A DNA stretch of 64,000 nt from Perna viridis (lineage: Eukaryota). The translations under genes were made by a program, and so were the position numbers. The DNA lies in assembly GCA_037379345.1 (NCBI GenBank), contig CM074511.1, positions 49,234,862 through 49,298,861 on the forward strand, given 5' to 3'. Positions 1-13,122 of the stretch are shown in pieces (position 1 is the stretch's first letter; the number at the start of each line of letters is the position of its first letter). Under the pieces are notes generated by a model. It was not told the origin of the DNA. It ran no database searches and saw only the letters and a program-made list of their open reading frames with translations.

Positions 1-79
1 CTTAGATTTACATCTTAGCCTGTAATTAAAGTGAAATCCTACCAGATAACCAAGTAAAATTGCTTATCGGTGATCAATT

Positions 80-114
80 CGCACCCCCATCCAGAAAACC
101 TGGCTACGGCCCTG
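80..114. mobile_element. Terminal fragment of a small non-autonomous DNA element
   Basis: gcacccccatccagaaaacctggctacggccctg resembles the CAGGG...CCCTG ends of common invertebrate hAT-like MITEs. Only one end is visible. Confidence 0.3.
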
Positions 115-2135
115 CTTCATTCAACACATACGAGTCTGAGAATTTGGGTTTTTTATCCGGGATTCTAAAGAATCTATGTCTGATAGTCATTTCGTTCAAG
201 TCTACTAGGTCATTTTCTGCTTTTATTCAGTAAGTTAAATAACGAAACAACTGTTGCTAATATCATGTTATATCGTGAACTATACCGTTGATACACATAT
301 TTTTGACATCCTTGTTTAAATCTTAACGGTTCAATCTTCGGTCGAGAGCCTAGCCGAAGTAGCACGAGGTTTCTGTTTTATACGTACGTCGTCATACACA
401 TTGAAATCATGCCTGAGCATGAACAAGTTGTGATAAAACCATAATTTACTGGCAATCATTCGTACTGTTTGGTTAGTATTGGTTGCTGTTTTTTTTTTTA
501 CTTTACTTACTCATGTTAAAATCACTTTACACCCAAGTTTTGTGTGTGTCAAGACTTTAGTATATGTACTGATATTTTATACAACAGTAGTTGGGATATC
601 AACAAGCCGTACCCATATTATGCTGTAAGGCAGCAAAGATTCCGAGGTAGTCTACAGGGATTGGCTATATCAGAACTTTGTTGTTTGTCAATGCCGAAAT
701 CCTGCTAAACCTTATTACAATCAACCACATAGTGTGAGAATGACGGATTTGTCACAATCACTTAAATTTTTTTCTTGACTGATCTTACACGTGACACTTC
801 GCACTTAATCCTGCATATCTGTTTATTTTATTAATTACCTAATTGACCAAGCATAATAAGTTATTATTAGGAAACCGTGGAATTACATGACAGATGGACG
901 AACAAGTGCCACGACCCCTATCAAGCACCCTGGAGGGTATGTAACACTCTCTGACTGTGTGGCAGGCTTACAGTTGTCAGGTTGTATGTCTAATCGTCTT
1001 TCCCTGTAGTATATCTAAGTATTGATATTTTTATCAAGATTTTGATAACTTTTCTGATCCTACTTTCCCTGCAGTTATCTGTAGTTAACAACCATACTAT
1101 TTGTTTTCTCGGGGTTTATGTTTATTTACTACATCTTATTCCGTGCATCAGTGCAACAAGACATTTTGTGGCGTCTGTAGGTTTTTGTTTTGTTTGTTGT
1201 TTTTTCTTCTGACAAAGCCCGGGTCAGTTTTGTCGTGGAGTTCCTGTTTTCTTTACGTAATCAATCTACATTATGCTTGTTGGTGCATTATTCTTCTGAA
1301 TATAAGTTTCAGTTAAAAATAAATGTATAGTTGTGTAAACATGTCTCATTCTTTGAGCGGGAATAATAAGAGGACGCTGTAAATAGATGTGTGTATTTAT
1401 TTTTTAGATTTAATACTGTGTTATATTATGAATGAGCCATGTATAACTCGACTTCAATTCGGAAAAACCAGATTTTTTGTTTGGTAAACCTGTTTCATTT
1501 ATATCGTCTTTGTTGAACATTTATAAATTAGATTTTATCGTAAATGTAAGTTTGTTTCAGTATCTTCATGACTTACCCATATCCGTATTCACAAAATAAA
1601 TCATTTATGAAATCAAGCAAATTTCGTGGCTAGACGTTCGAGATGCCTGTCTGAAGGGTTAACTTGTCTCATTTTACTACATTTTGATGGCTTACTAAAG
1701 GCAACGAAAGGCAGATGACTCCTTGTGACCTCGCAGCATTTGAAAAATACACTGACGTGCATTTCTTGTAGATGAAGATCACTTCTGATTTCATGATATT
1801 TTACACTTATTCATGTTTAAAAATTTTCACAGAAGACATCATTTCTGATACATTTACGTACGGACTTATTTACGACAAATACTCATTTAATTGTAATGAA
1901 AAAGTGTAGGTGAAATTTAAACCATTCCTCTTAAATTTGTGGGTTAAAATTACTAAATGCACTGATCAATGTCATGTCTTTAAAATTTATCTGATCTCAC
2001 TTCAGAACTATAGAAGTATTATTTATGAACTTCCGATCCTGCTGTTTGACACGTAAATGTACATAAACATGTATTCATGTTTGTATATTAGATCGCTGAA
2101 CCATAAGTACATAGATATATCAGAAATGACAAGTC

Positions 2136-2177
2136 TGATTGACAGGCCCATGGGCGGGGCTTGTAAATGTAAACAAT
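2136..2177. promoter_or_regulatory. Compact motif module just downstream of SoxC
   Basis: TGATTGACAG (Pbx-Meis/Prep decamer, 2136-2145), GGGCGGGGC (Sp/KLF, 2152-2160), and GTAAACAA (Fox) overlapping AACAAT (Sox, 2172-2177). Confidence 0.45.
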
Positions 2178-2224
2178 ATGCAGACTAGGTAAGCGTGTTC
2201 GAGGATAAAAATAAACAAGAGAAA

Positions 2225-3088
2225 AACATTTGTATATTATAAATTGTTGTATTTTTTTCTACAACATAACATGTAAAATGACATACAAATAAAGAATTTG
2301 CGAATGTCATCATGTACAAAGTAATATTGGCCTTCGATGCCGGATATTTCCATCATTTTAAATCGTTGGTAATGGTATCAAATATAGATTAAGTAAAAAC
2401 AATCGCGAAAACATTTATATTATCAACAAATAAGTCACTTATATATAGCACAAATAAATAATCACTTTCTGTACAGTCTGTCTTACACCCTATACAAAAA
2501 TCTATCTTCATGCAAAACGTTCCCACAAAATACTTTACTGGCGTCTTTATACGATTTTTTAGAAAAAAATATGGCATAAATTGTTCAATCGCTTTGCACT
2601 GAGGTCAGGTAAAATCTCATACGTTCATTGCAAAATTTACAAAAAATGGAAGGGTATTGTAATACTTCGCTGAAGAAAAAATATGTACAATTTGAGTCCC
2701 TGCATTGAATGGAATAATTTGTGATGAATTTTGAATGAATGACCAATGATGTGATGATAGAAACGCAAGTTGAAAATGAAAATTATCTCTACCTGGGTTA
2801 GTCGGCAAATACCGATGTAATATCCAATGCTGTGAGAATGCCTGAACTGATATGCATAGACAACTATATAATGCGGTTATATATGATTTCACACCACTTA
2901 TTTACATTTTCACAACTCGTAATTTCAAGAAAAATGATTATAAAATGATATAAATTGTGTTCAAACACACTAAAATATATACTGGTCCTCATTAAATTCT
3001 TCCGACAGTTATTCCTCCCATGAACATATTTTCATCACTTTGCTTTTAAGTAATTTGCACATCGTCCCGTATAAAGCACATTTTCGTG
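2225..3088 (-). other. Probable SoxC 3' UTR
   Basis: U-rich on the minus strand. Variant poly(A) signal AATACA (minus 2253-2248) is followed by a GT/T-rich tract (tgtttttctcttgtttattttt). Two Pumilio elements TGTAHATA at 2682-2689 and 2899-2906. Confidence 0.5.
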
Positions 3089-4111
3089 TCAATGAGCAGC
3101 AATCGAACTTAGCACACCAATGTCCATCCACTCATTCTCTAGTCCAATGATTTCGGAAACTTCTGGCGTGGAATAATCTGGGAATTCAAAATGTGATCCG
3201 TTGCTGGAGGTTGAAGAAGCACTACTTGAAACATTGTTATTCTGAATGTCACCAAAATTTGGAAAGTCAGCATCAGTAAGATTTCTCAAGTCCAAATTTC
3301 CGAGTTCCATTTGCCAATTTGTCGGTAACTGTAACACATCAGTTAGATTGTCCAGATCAGCAAGTGAAGATCCGTCTCCCTGAGATACGTTGGAGTTTGT
3401 TTGATTCACGATATAAGGGGTTTGTGGACCCTTTGAGGGTTCTTCCTGAGGTGAAGCGGCTGGCGTGTCATAGATTTCCTCTGGATAAAAGCTGGTGGAT
3501 TCTGGAGTGGGTGGGGAATAAATGCTGGGACTGGACGGCACTTTTGCGGGTGGAGTAAGCTGACACGATGATACTGGTACAGCTCGACTTGCTTTAATAC
3601 TGTCTTTGAACTTTTTGTCAATTGTGAGTCTGAGTTTAATACGATTTGGCGAGTTATTGTCCATTTCAAATTCATTCTGAATAAAGTTCTTTGCAGCAAT
3701 TTTCTGCTTATTTCTTTCACTACGACTTTTTGAGAGAGATTTAGAAATCTTACCGGAATCAGTTTTGGTGACAGGCTTAGCCTTTTTCCTTGGTCTATAT
3801 TTATAGTCCGGGTATTCTTGCATGTGAAGCAAGCGTAGCCTCTCAGCCTCCTCAATATAAGGCTGTCGATCAGCTTCATTCAATAACTTCCAGCGTTTAC
3901 CAAGACGTTTAGAAATCTCGGCATTGTGCATGTCTGGTGACACTTCTGCTATTCTACGCCTCTCAATTTGAGACCACACCATAAATGCGTTCATAGGTCT
4001 TTTTACGTGATTTGATGCTTTTTTGCACTGAGTTGCGTCTGAGTATGGTGTATGAGTGTTAGGGTCAATCATCTGGGACCCGAATACCGTATTTCCGTTC
4101 TGAGGCACCAT
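3089..4111 (-). CDS. SoxC: SoxC-group HMG-box transcription factor (Sox4/11/12 orthologue), single exon, 340 aa
   Basis: HMG box [20 protein letters not shown]...[13 protein letters not shown]...[23 protein letters not shown] (~3782-4009) with the SoxC-type WSQIERR. C-terminal [18 protein letters not shown] matches the Sox4/11 transactivation motif. Start placed at ATG 4111 (context CAAC-ATG-G, MVPQ...) rather than the GTG at 4144 used by the ORF track. No introns. Confidence 0.97.
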   Translation of the reverse strand: MVPQNGNTVFGSQMIDPNTHTPYSDATQCKKASNHVKRPMNAFMVWSQIERRRIAEVSPDMHNAEISKRLGKRWKLLNEADRQPYIEEAERLRLLHMQEYPDYKYRPRKKAKPVTKTDSGKISKSLSKSRSERNKQKIAAKNFIQNEFEMDNNSPNRIKLRLTIDKKFKDSIKASRAVPVSSCQLTPPAKVPSSPSIYSPPTPESTSFYPEEIYDTPAASPQEEPSKGPQTPYIVNQTNSNVSQGDGSSLADLDNLTDVLQLPTNWQMELGNLDLRNLTDADFPNFGDIQNNNVSSSASSTSSNGSHFEFPDYSTPEVSEIIGLENEWMDIGVLSSIAAH

Positions 4112-4269
4112 GTTGAAATAAATAATATCACAAAAATATATCACTAAAAGTATGAAAGCGATTTATAGATCCAGTGTTAATCCAGTTTAACGTGAAAGCC
4201 TTCTTTCGAAGACTCGCACAGAAGTTTGACAATACCTTACAAGCTGAACACTTTTTAAAATTCTGATTT

Positions 4270-4372
4270 CAAAACTGAAGCTTATCGGTTTTATTCGACG
4301 TATGGCTCTTTGATCTTTTCTTAACCAATCGATTTCGGTAATATAAGTCCCTCCTTCTTGTGGGCGGGACTT
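4270..4372 (-). promoter_or_regulatory. Putative SoxC core promoter
   Basis: GC box GGGCGGGAC (4362-4370), CCAAT box AACCAATC (~4323-4330) and initiator-like TTCAGTT on the minus strand (4279-4273). The ~165-nt leader from there to ATG 4111 contains no ATG. Confidence 0.55.
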
Positions 4373-4689
4373 AAACAACCATGTGTTTATCAGACCAGAA
4401 ATAACACAAAATTTATCAAGTTTGATCATTAGAGTCGACTAGTCTAGGAATATCAGGTACTACGACCGTATTCATGTATGACAATTAGACAAGTAGTTGC
4501 CATTTTGTAATAAAAACAAAGATGTACAATTAAAATAATCTCTAATTGTTAAGAAAACATACCTGTAATTATAATATTGAAAACTGAAACGTAAAGAATA
4601 CTTTATATTTCTGTGAATTTTAGCATACTCTATATAATGAGTCATATTGTGAAAATATAGAAATAAAATTACTTCTAGCTCGTCTTCGA

Positions 4690-5510
4690 ACGCGTGCATG
4701 ACTCATTTATTCTATAATTTGTGATAAGTTGCAGAACCAGAACACTCTCAACTCATCCAAAACCTTGTATATTTTGAGTAGTTGATAATGCTACAAGTCT
4801 GCGAGCACGTACTGGTTGAACAAATTATTTAGCTAGCTGACACCAGGTTCGTGGGAAAGGTTTGAATACACCTAGATTACAGCAGCAATTCTATCCCTAG
4901 GCAAATTACGGCACGCGACTTGTTCTAATTTACATTTCAAAGAGCACACGCAACGCATTTTAACGCACGTGTCTATTTAAATTGAAAAAGGGCTTCCAAC
5001 AAATCAAATGTCATTTTCTTTCCATTAAATTAAAATCATGTGATTGAATTTATTAAAATCAAGACGCGTGGAGGTACCTATTTTGTTAACCAAATAAGAA
5101 AATTCGATTTTCCAATTGATTTTGGTAGGTAAACAGGGTTCTCAAAAGAATTTGGGTACGACAGATGGTACTGTTTTTATGGGAAATGGAGGTAAGATTT
5201 AAGTTAGGGTCGCAGAAATTATCAAGAAATATAATTTCACGACAATCTATTTGAAAATTTCCGAGGTCTTTCGGGCATCATTTTTGGTAGATGAAAGAAG
5301 TTTCTGAATTTATTTAATGAAACTCACTTTAACTTGCAACTCGTAAGTAACCTTGTCTTCATGCAAAACATTCAAAATATTGGTAAATACTCCTTCAAAG
5401 GACCCTTGTGACGTCACGAGCAGGTGCAGGACTTGGTGTCAATTTTCTTAATGAAGGACCCAGGGCACGCGACTCTGGTGACAGCTGTAAGTTTAATCGA
5501 CCAATCACAA
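4690..5510. promoter_or_regulatory. SoxC proximal upstream regulatory region (Su(H), Hes class-C, proneural E-box and CRE sites)
   Basis: CGTGGGAA 4850-4857; GGCACGCGAC 4910-4919 and 5464-5473; further CACGCG at 4691 and 5065; TGACGTCA 5409-5416; GCAGGTG 5420-5426; ACAGCTG 5481-5487; ACAGATGG 5161-5168. Confidence 0.55.
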
Positions 5511-7203
5511 GACACTATTGCAAATGACAGATTTATCAAAATATTCTGAAATAAATCTTTTCCCTATGATATAAAAATATTTAACATTAAAAAAAAATAA
5601 GTGATAAGGTTCAACTGCTTTTTCCATTAGAAGGGTCCAGGGGGTTGAGAGTTACACGTTAATAAGTGCAAAGTCGGCCGACGACACCAAAACTTTCTTT
5701 TAAATTTACAGGGGTTTACATTTTTTTCGTTCAAAATGACTTGTAGTATATACTAGTCTAAACATACAATAAACTTTTGCTGAGAAATAATAGAGTGTGC
5801 ACTTCATGAATTGTTTACGTGGTCATCGTCGTTCGGGTTTATCAAAGAGACGAGCATTTACATATTAGGAAAGTTGAACAAGAGGCACACGACTAATGGT
5901 TCGCGACTAATACCCATTTTTGGAAATAATAACCAGGTAACGGGACCGTTTATATTTCATAACTGTCGAAAACACCTGTCGAAAAACCACAGCACGGCAC
6001 TTACACAAACACGAATGGGCTTCAATTTTGACTTATTTGTCTTATCGACCATCTGTCGCCCCCATTACAAATACTTTGATTTAGACGAAAGTTTTTCACG
6101 AAAACATGAGTAAATTGTTGAAAACAGATGTCGGGTGGACGTTTGATCTGAACTGTATGTAATTTACAATTCGAGATAATTTGTGAATATTTAATGAAAT
6201 TTTTATAATGGTAAATAGAATTTTATTACCTATACAGTATCACGTATTGTCCCCGAGTACAAATCACAAAATGTTACCGAGGTATGTGTCGCCTTATATA
6301 CCAAGAAACGACTATAAAATTGTGTTGTAACCTGATGCATTTCGGTACGGTAACATATGGTGCTTGTATTATAACTAATGTGAAAATATCGTCCCCCTTT
6401 TGAAGTGTTTTCTGTCAAATTGCCATTTTGGAAAAATAGTGATAACACAAGGTGGTATGTACCCACAACTAGGCTTGAACGGTCAAATTTCAACGCGTGG
6501 CAAATTTGCATATTTCTGGTTAATTTGCATTTTCTTGAATGGGTATATTTGGTTACCCAGTTTATTACGTGAAACAATTATACTAGTATATCATCGCACA
6601 TCATACTGTATTTGGGAAAAAAAGGAAATTTTATTTTCCCAGTACGTTTCCGACGACTGCAGTAAAAAGGGTGATTGGGTTGAATCATCTCAATAACTCA
6701 TCAAGCAGTCTTGCTTTGGAAAGCGTTGTACTGATGTAAATATATACTGGGTATACATCTTTACTAATTCAACTTATTGTGGTGTCCATATGCATGTAAG
6801 TACCAACGATACCATACTTTTCTTTATTCAAGTCAGATACCAAGTCCACAAGATAAGTGTAAAGAAAGATAGTCCATGGTGACCAAGTAAATGAGACTTA
6901 GAACGATGAGCTAATCGGTCCTCAACCCCGAACGATCAAGCGATGAACTAATAATGTAAGGAAACCAATTACTAAGTCGATTTTCCATCAAAGTTCCGGA
7001 TAAACTAAACAATTATTGATATTCTTCAGATTGCCCTTATAGCGTACTGTTCAACTCTACCAATAATTAGAACAATAGCCGATTTCTACAAGTTAATGCG
7101 ATATCTATCTGTATCGGATCGGTTAACCGACCTTACGATCATTTACCAAATCTTTATATTATCTACAAATTCATCATAGATTGTGGCCACCCCTCCTCCC
7201 CCA

Positions 7204-7285
7204 GAAAAAAACCAAAAAAAAAAAAAACCAAAACACAAAACACAAAACACAAAAACAAAAACAAAAACAAACAAAACCAACTAAA
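7204..7285. repeat. A-rich (CAAAA/CACAAAA)n low-complexity tract
   Basis: Directly visible. Confidence 0.85.
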
Positions 7286-7943
7286 CGTCACAGTGAGGTC
7301 CATAAGTGAAAATTACTGATATTTTCGGACATCAAAACTCATCTTCTGAGACCCAGCTGTCTGTGTACTTTACTTCAGAGACAAGCAATAAACGGTCGCT
7401 GCTCTAAGTTATAAACTTCCTCCATATGTTAAACATTAAACATCAAGTACATTTCTAGTTTTGCTGATATTATCAACATCTTTGTCATCCGATATTTGAT
7501 TTAAAAAGTAAATTTTTTGCTGTCGACGGCATGAATTCGCGTGCCATATGCTATTTGTTGAGGAAGTACGTTCCGGTTATTTGTGCGAAGAGGAGCGGTG
7601 TAGGTTGCACTTCCACTGTTAAGCAGGAGAGTTTCATTGTAGGCTAATGTCGGTATGTTTCTTGCGGACAGATAGAAAGTCTAATATATTAATATTAAAT
7701 TAAACGCCCAAAAACATATTCAGTTGACATATTTAGTTTTTTACAACACTTAACCAAACTTATCTAAAGCTCAGTATCAAACCTATCATTATAATGAGAA
7801 TAGGTATGGTGTATATGTCAAAGCAACAACAACCTCATCAGCATGAAAATGTCAACCCAAGGAATGTCTCTTTCTAGATATGCTAAGCAGAAACTCAGAA
7901 AACGATTCGTGACGGAGTCAGCCAAATGGTTATAGGAAATGGA

Positions 7944-7969
7944 ATATATATATATATATATATATATAT
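7944..7969. repeat. (AT)n microsatellite
   Basis: About 12-13 AT units. Confidence 0.95.
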
Positions 7970-10900
7970 TTTTATTAATATTATATAATTGAAAACTACT
8001 TGCCCTCAAACCTTTCCCAAGACTAATGAAATTGCAATTGCAAATTTCCCCTTGATGCCCCACTATCTTAGCATGAAAACACGCGACTTTATGGAACATG
8101 TCATGTGACTGCGGCAGGAAATTACAAATATTTTGAAGGAGATAAGAAAAGTCAATTACTTGGTAAGAAACGACTCTAAAATTTTTGGTACTTGCCCTTA
8201 ACAGCTGGTCTTGATATATTTCGTTGAAATAATGATCCCGTTCTGCACTGACACAAGACGGACCGACGATTAGATTCCACTTACAGAATTACAAACGATT
8301 CCTTGTGGCAGGCGAATAAACAGCCACGTGTATGAAATTTTACGAAGAGTTTTGATGTTTTGTAGATGCTTTAAAAGTTTTCATTCTCGATTGTTGAGCT
8401 ATTTTTTCAGAACGACCCGGAACTTCTTGAAGAGTCAGCAACCGACCTTGAATTAATAAACAAGTTTGTCGAAGCCTAATAGCAAACTAATTGTGTACAT
8501 GTTTTCAACAAAATCGATGACTCTCTTACGTAAACGCTGCGACAAGTTAAACAAATAAATTATTCTAAATCAGTGCGAACGTAAGACAGTAATTGGGGTA
8601 TTGACATGTCTTTTCTTAGCATGGGACTTACATGACACCGAATAGTGATGTTTTGGGGAAAGATCACACGCATACCCTATTGAACAGTTTAATGGCCCAG
8701 AACGGACATCGTTGTAAATGGACATCAGCCTATTGTTAACTTAATTCATGCATGATAAATCGTCTATTTCAAGTCACATGTGATTAAAGGAAGCGTTCAT
8801 GGAATATTAAAATCTGGCTTTTCTTCTTAACCCTTTGACCGTTTGAGGGCAGTTTGATGAACTAGACAGCTGCAATATGAACGTAGTTAGAAACCCTTTT
8901 TATAATCGAATCGTTTTTCGTGGTCATTATTGTTAACGCCAATTCCACAGTATTTCGGCACTACAACAACCAGATATTATCTACACATTTTTTAAGTAAA
9001 CGTGGTCAAATAATTCAATAAAAGACAGGCGATACACGCATAAGTAGTAAAATGGAATAACTTTATTATCTAATAGAATTTAACGCATTTTCTAAGTCAG
9101 GCATGTCGATAAGATGGATCAGAACTACTGCACGTTGCCCATTATTTTGCAGTGATACATCAAACTTGCATAATCAGCGCGTTATCGAACACAGAAACAT
9201 TAAAAAAATAATGGGCTTATACTGAAAAGTCACAAAAATGAAGATATTTATTTTCTTCAAAGCTATAGAAATCAGGACCGACTGAATTCAACGGGAAGCG
9301 AAATTTTTAATTGTGCTTCGATCTTAAAAAGGGCTTAGATGGTAAATTATCTTCACGGTGGACATTGACCTGCTTGTCTAATGTTAACTAAAGATTGTAA
9401 TCAATTTGTTCGTAGAGCTAAACGTACGTCAAACCAGAATCTACACACATGACATTCCAGTATTTAGATACATTACACCGGATATCCATCCAACCTGCAT
9501 GCATTGCGTTCGACCTACTTTTCGAATCGACTGTGGAGTTCGTTGCTCTTCCATGGCTTGTTAATTGATAGGGATAACTTGGCATTTCTTTTTATTATGG
9601 TAGGTCAACATCTATACCACATCTTCGCCAATAAAGTAATAGATACTTACGTGTTAAGGGTATATTTATTTGTAAATATATTGTACTATTTACACCTGAA
9701 AGTCAAATAGTTTGCCAAATGTTAACTGGCGGTTGCCCAAACAGGTTAGTTAGTTGCGTAAATCAACTGCTGTGCCCAGTCAATGACCACTTGGACGTTG
9801 TCAATATACAATAACCGAGCAACCATTTTGGGCATATATAGTAAGTATCTAGGAGTTATATAACTTATCATGCAAAAGAAACCAAACGAAACGACGTGCA
9901 AGTTTCACTTCTCAATCTTAACCCAGTCCCAAATAGTGTTGACCTAAATTGCATCCTGAGTAACTCGTCAAAACTATCTTTAATTCAAAATATCTTCAGT
10001 CCCCCGATTGGTACTGAATTGGTTTCACATAAGAGGGTCGTTCTACCAAAATCACCGGAAGCCGCAAAACATCTACTTGAGAATTGGAACAATGCGTGGA
10101 ATAAAGTCTTCGATCGGAGAAGTACACACTATGCACCGATCCAATCACATGTACCCCGGTATATTAGGTACATACGCAATTGATTTGAACGAGAAAATAG
10201 TGCAGATATCTTATAAAATCAGCGCCTAGACAAATATTGATTTAATATCCAACGGATTGTAATGCAAAAAGATGGGACACTACAGTAAAATAGTTATAAA
10301 AACTTCATAAACAATACTAATTATTCTGAAGTAAGCTTAAATTTGACAAATTACATCATAAACATCACCGACACGGATTTCTTGCCCTCTGAACCAGACA
10401 CATAGGATAGTACTTGGACCTTTTATGGTCATATTTCTAGACATACGTTCTCACTGCTGTCTTACTGTCTCTAAATGTCTGTAGTCTAAGTTATATTTAA
10501 AAATTACTATGAGTTACTAGTCTGCCTTTTCCTTAGTCTCGTCGTTGAAAGATTTTAAAAGTTTACACTTTAATTTTTTTCTTCCGTGATACAGCGTGTA
10601 AAATAAGTTTTGATGCTGAAAATTGAAGAAACGGTCACATGACCCTGTTGGGTTGCTGTTATTAATGACCTACCAAAACAACAGAATTTCTTCTAACCAG
10701 TAGAATATAATCAAAGACTGAAGTCTTCAAAATAGTTAATTGTTAAATATTTTATGCCACTGATTTTGGCTTGCTTTCAACATTCGAAATGGCACAAATA
10801 TAATATGCTCTAAAATCGGGTGACTTCCGCTAGAATCTTCGTTTCCTTGATATGATTACTCTCTCGTAACCGTGATGACCGGAATGTTTCTCAATCAAAA

Positions 10901-13122
10901 CAACTGGTTGCCGGGAAGTGCGGGTTATGTTTCCGTTCCACAAGTTTATCTCAACTTTTTAGCGATCTTTGGGTGGCTTGTGATATTGACCAAAGAACCA
11001 GATTAGGAACTAGATAAAACAACTGACAATGACTATTTCGGGGTCCTGGTAATGTTTATGACCTATATAGTCAATTGTAATGAGCCCATGTGTCTGAATC
11101 GGAAACTGGGTAATATTACATTTAGTTCGATGCTAACCGATCATTTAATCTTTTAATGTAAACTTCCCGTTTCATACAGGCAAAAACACACGTAGAACAC
11201 ATGTGAATGATATTAAAGATGTATACATTTTGATCTCGTATGAAGTTAGAATAGACGGTAAACACGGCTCTGATCAGCAGCATAATGTGGAGTAGTAATA
11301 TATAATTATTCGAATGTTAAGTGCAAGAAGTCGCTAACAATATTAGAGACTTAAGCAGTTCTCAGTATGGAATACTTTCACTCGTTGAATTTCGGCTACC
11401 CAATTTAAGCAGCCACAGCTTTCAAACCACAACAAAAACTGATAACGAATCATATCCGCGGTGTGAAAAAAGGCTACATTTCAATGCCCTTTGAACTGTT
11501 TGCGGACATTGACGGATGGGTCACACAAATTCACCAAAATTAATAAAATTTACGCCTGTGCACTCAACTCTGATGCTTTTATCGCTCAAGAATAAATAAA
11601 CGCGTTTAAATACAAGGAAACAGACATTTTATGTCTCTTAATTACTGATCTACTGGAAATGAAATATATGTATAAATAGTCTTTGTCTGAAAAGGTGCAA
11701 GATAGAAAACTATACATTTTTATTTGCATAAGATATAAATATGATAATAAAAAATACATTACATTGCGTAATGTCTCGAGATTGACGAATTCGTGAATCT
11801 TTCCCATTTTTTCAAGAGAATCATGCACGAAAAGTATATTTTTGAACTTCGTGACTCCAGTAAAAGGAAAAACAATCTGTCACTCAATCAGTACAAGATC
11901 GAAGTATAAAAAATAAGAAGGGTTAAAGGAGAATAATTTACTTTTTTCATAAATACAATTAATCTTTATAAAATATCATCTGATATATTACCGAATCTAC
12001 ACTTCACAGCCAAACATTTGTACATGAAAGAGAATATATTTGTCTACCTGTCAAAATAAAGAGCTATTTTTAATGACTTTAAAAATACGAGTTCTTATAA
12101 AAATAGAAAGTAAACATGCACATTTTTACAATTTTAAGCTGGAATGTGCACGATTTGAACAGTCATCTTTAAGAGGCATTATATTTCTATTATATTCGGT
12201 AGTCATTTTTGTAAATGATGAATTCCAAACCAATATCAGGATCGTGAGGAATTCTGAAAGAGATATCTAGAAAAATAGTGAAAATTAGGTTGAGACCTTC
12301 TGTTATCATATTAATTAAAAGCTGACTATAAACATGAACCAATGAAATGATCGAACCCAATGCTATGACTTCTATCTAGCTTGACCGGTACATACATGAT
12401 ATGATTACTTGTACCCATAAATAACAGTAAGTATAACTGCTGGTATACTACCATTTTGATTATTAATATTGACAATATTCTGTCAATGAATATATCTAGA
12501 GATTGTTAACGATTGTGGCCATACTTAAACTCCCTCCTCTGATCATAACAATTATTAGAAAATATTTGTCAACACTACCCCGGGCACTAACACTTGTGTC
12601 CTCATATTTATGGATGTGATAGAATCATTAAAGGCCAATAACGGCAAAACACTGTACGTTTTGGTTGATATCAAACACTATTAAAACATACGTGGATAAA
12701 AGCAAACAATTCTTACAAGTTGTTTTCTTATTATTTGGTTTTTTATCAAAGTGAAATACATATAGTCCATGATATTTAAACGACCATTTCACGTTTATGT
12801 AAAATGACAACGTCCTGTGGGTAGTTGGCGAATGTTCAAAAATCTGTTTGGTTGTACTTGGTACTTAAAGATCATGGGTCGATATCTCTTGACTTTGTTC
12901 AGACAGTCTGTTTTTTTTTTCTTCACTAAGACCAAGTGCTAATAGAATGCCAACTAGCAAAAGAGTAAGATTGCCTAAATGTAAATATGCTAATTGAGAA
13001 GCAAGTCAAATAAGCATGTAATACCTCCGGAATGGGATATGTATTATCAGCCCTTAGGCTGTAAAAGTGACAAATTAGTCACATTGTCTTTGGTGGCAAG
13101 TTGTGGAAGAGGTTTCATGGAC

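Noticed and set aside
3319-3879. ORFs 3319-3558 (+) and 3406-3879 (-)
   Set aside because: Shadow frames of the SoxC CDS with no recognisable domains.
4112-4144. N-terminal extension [11 protein letters not shown] of the 351-aa ORF
   Set aside because: Starts at GTG in T-rich leader sequence; ATG 4111 has good Kozak context and a SoxC-like N-terminus.
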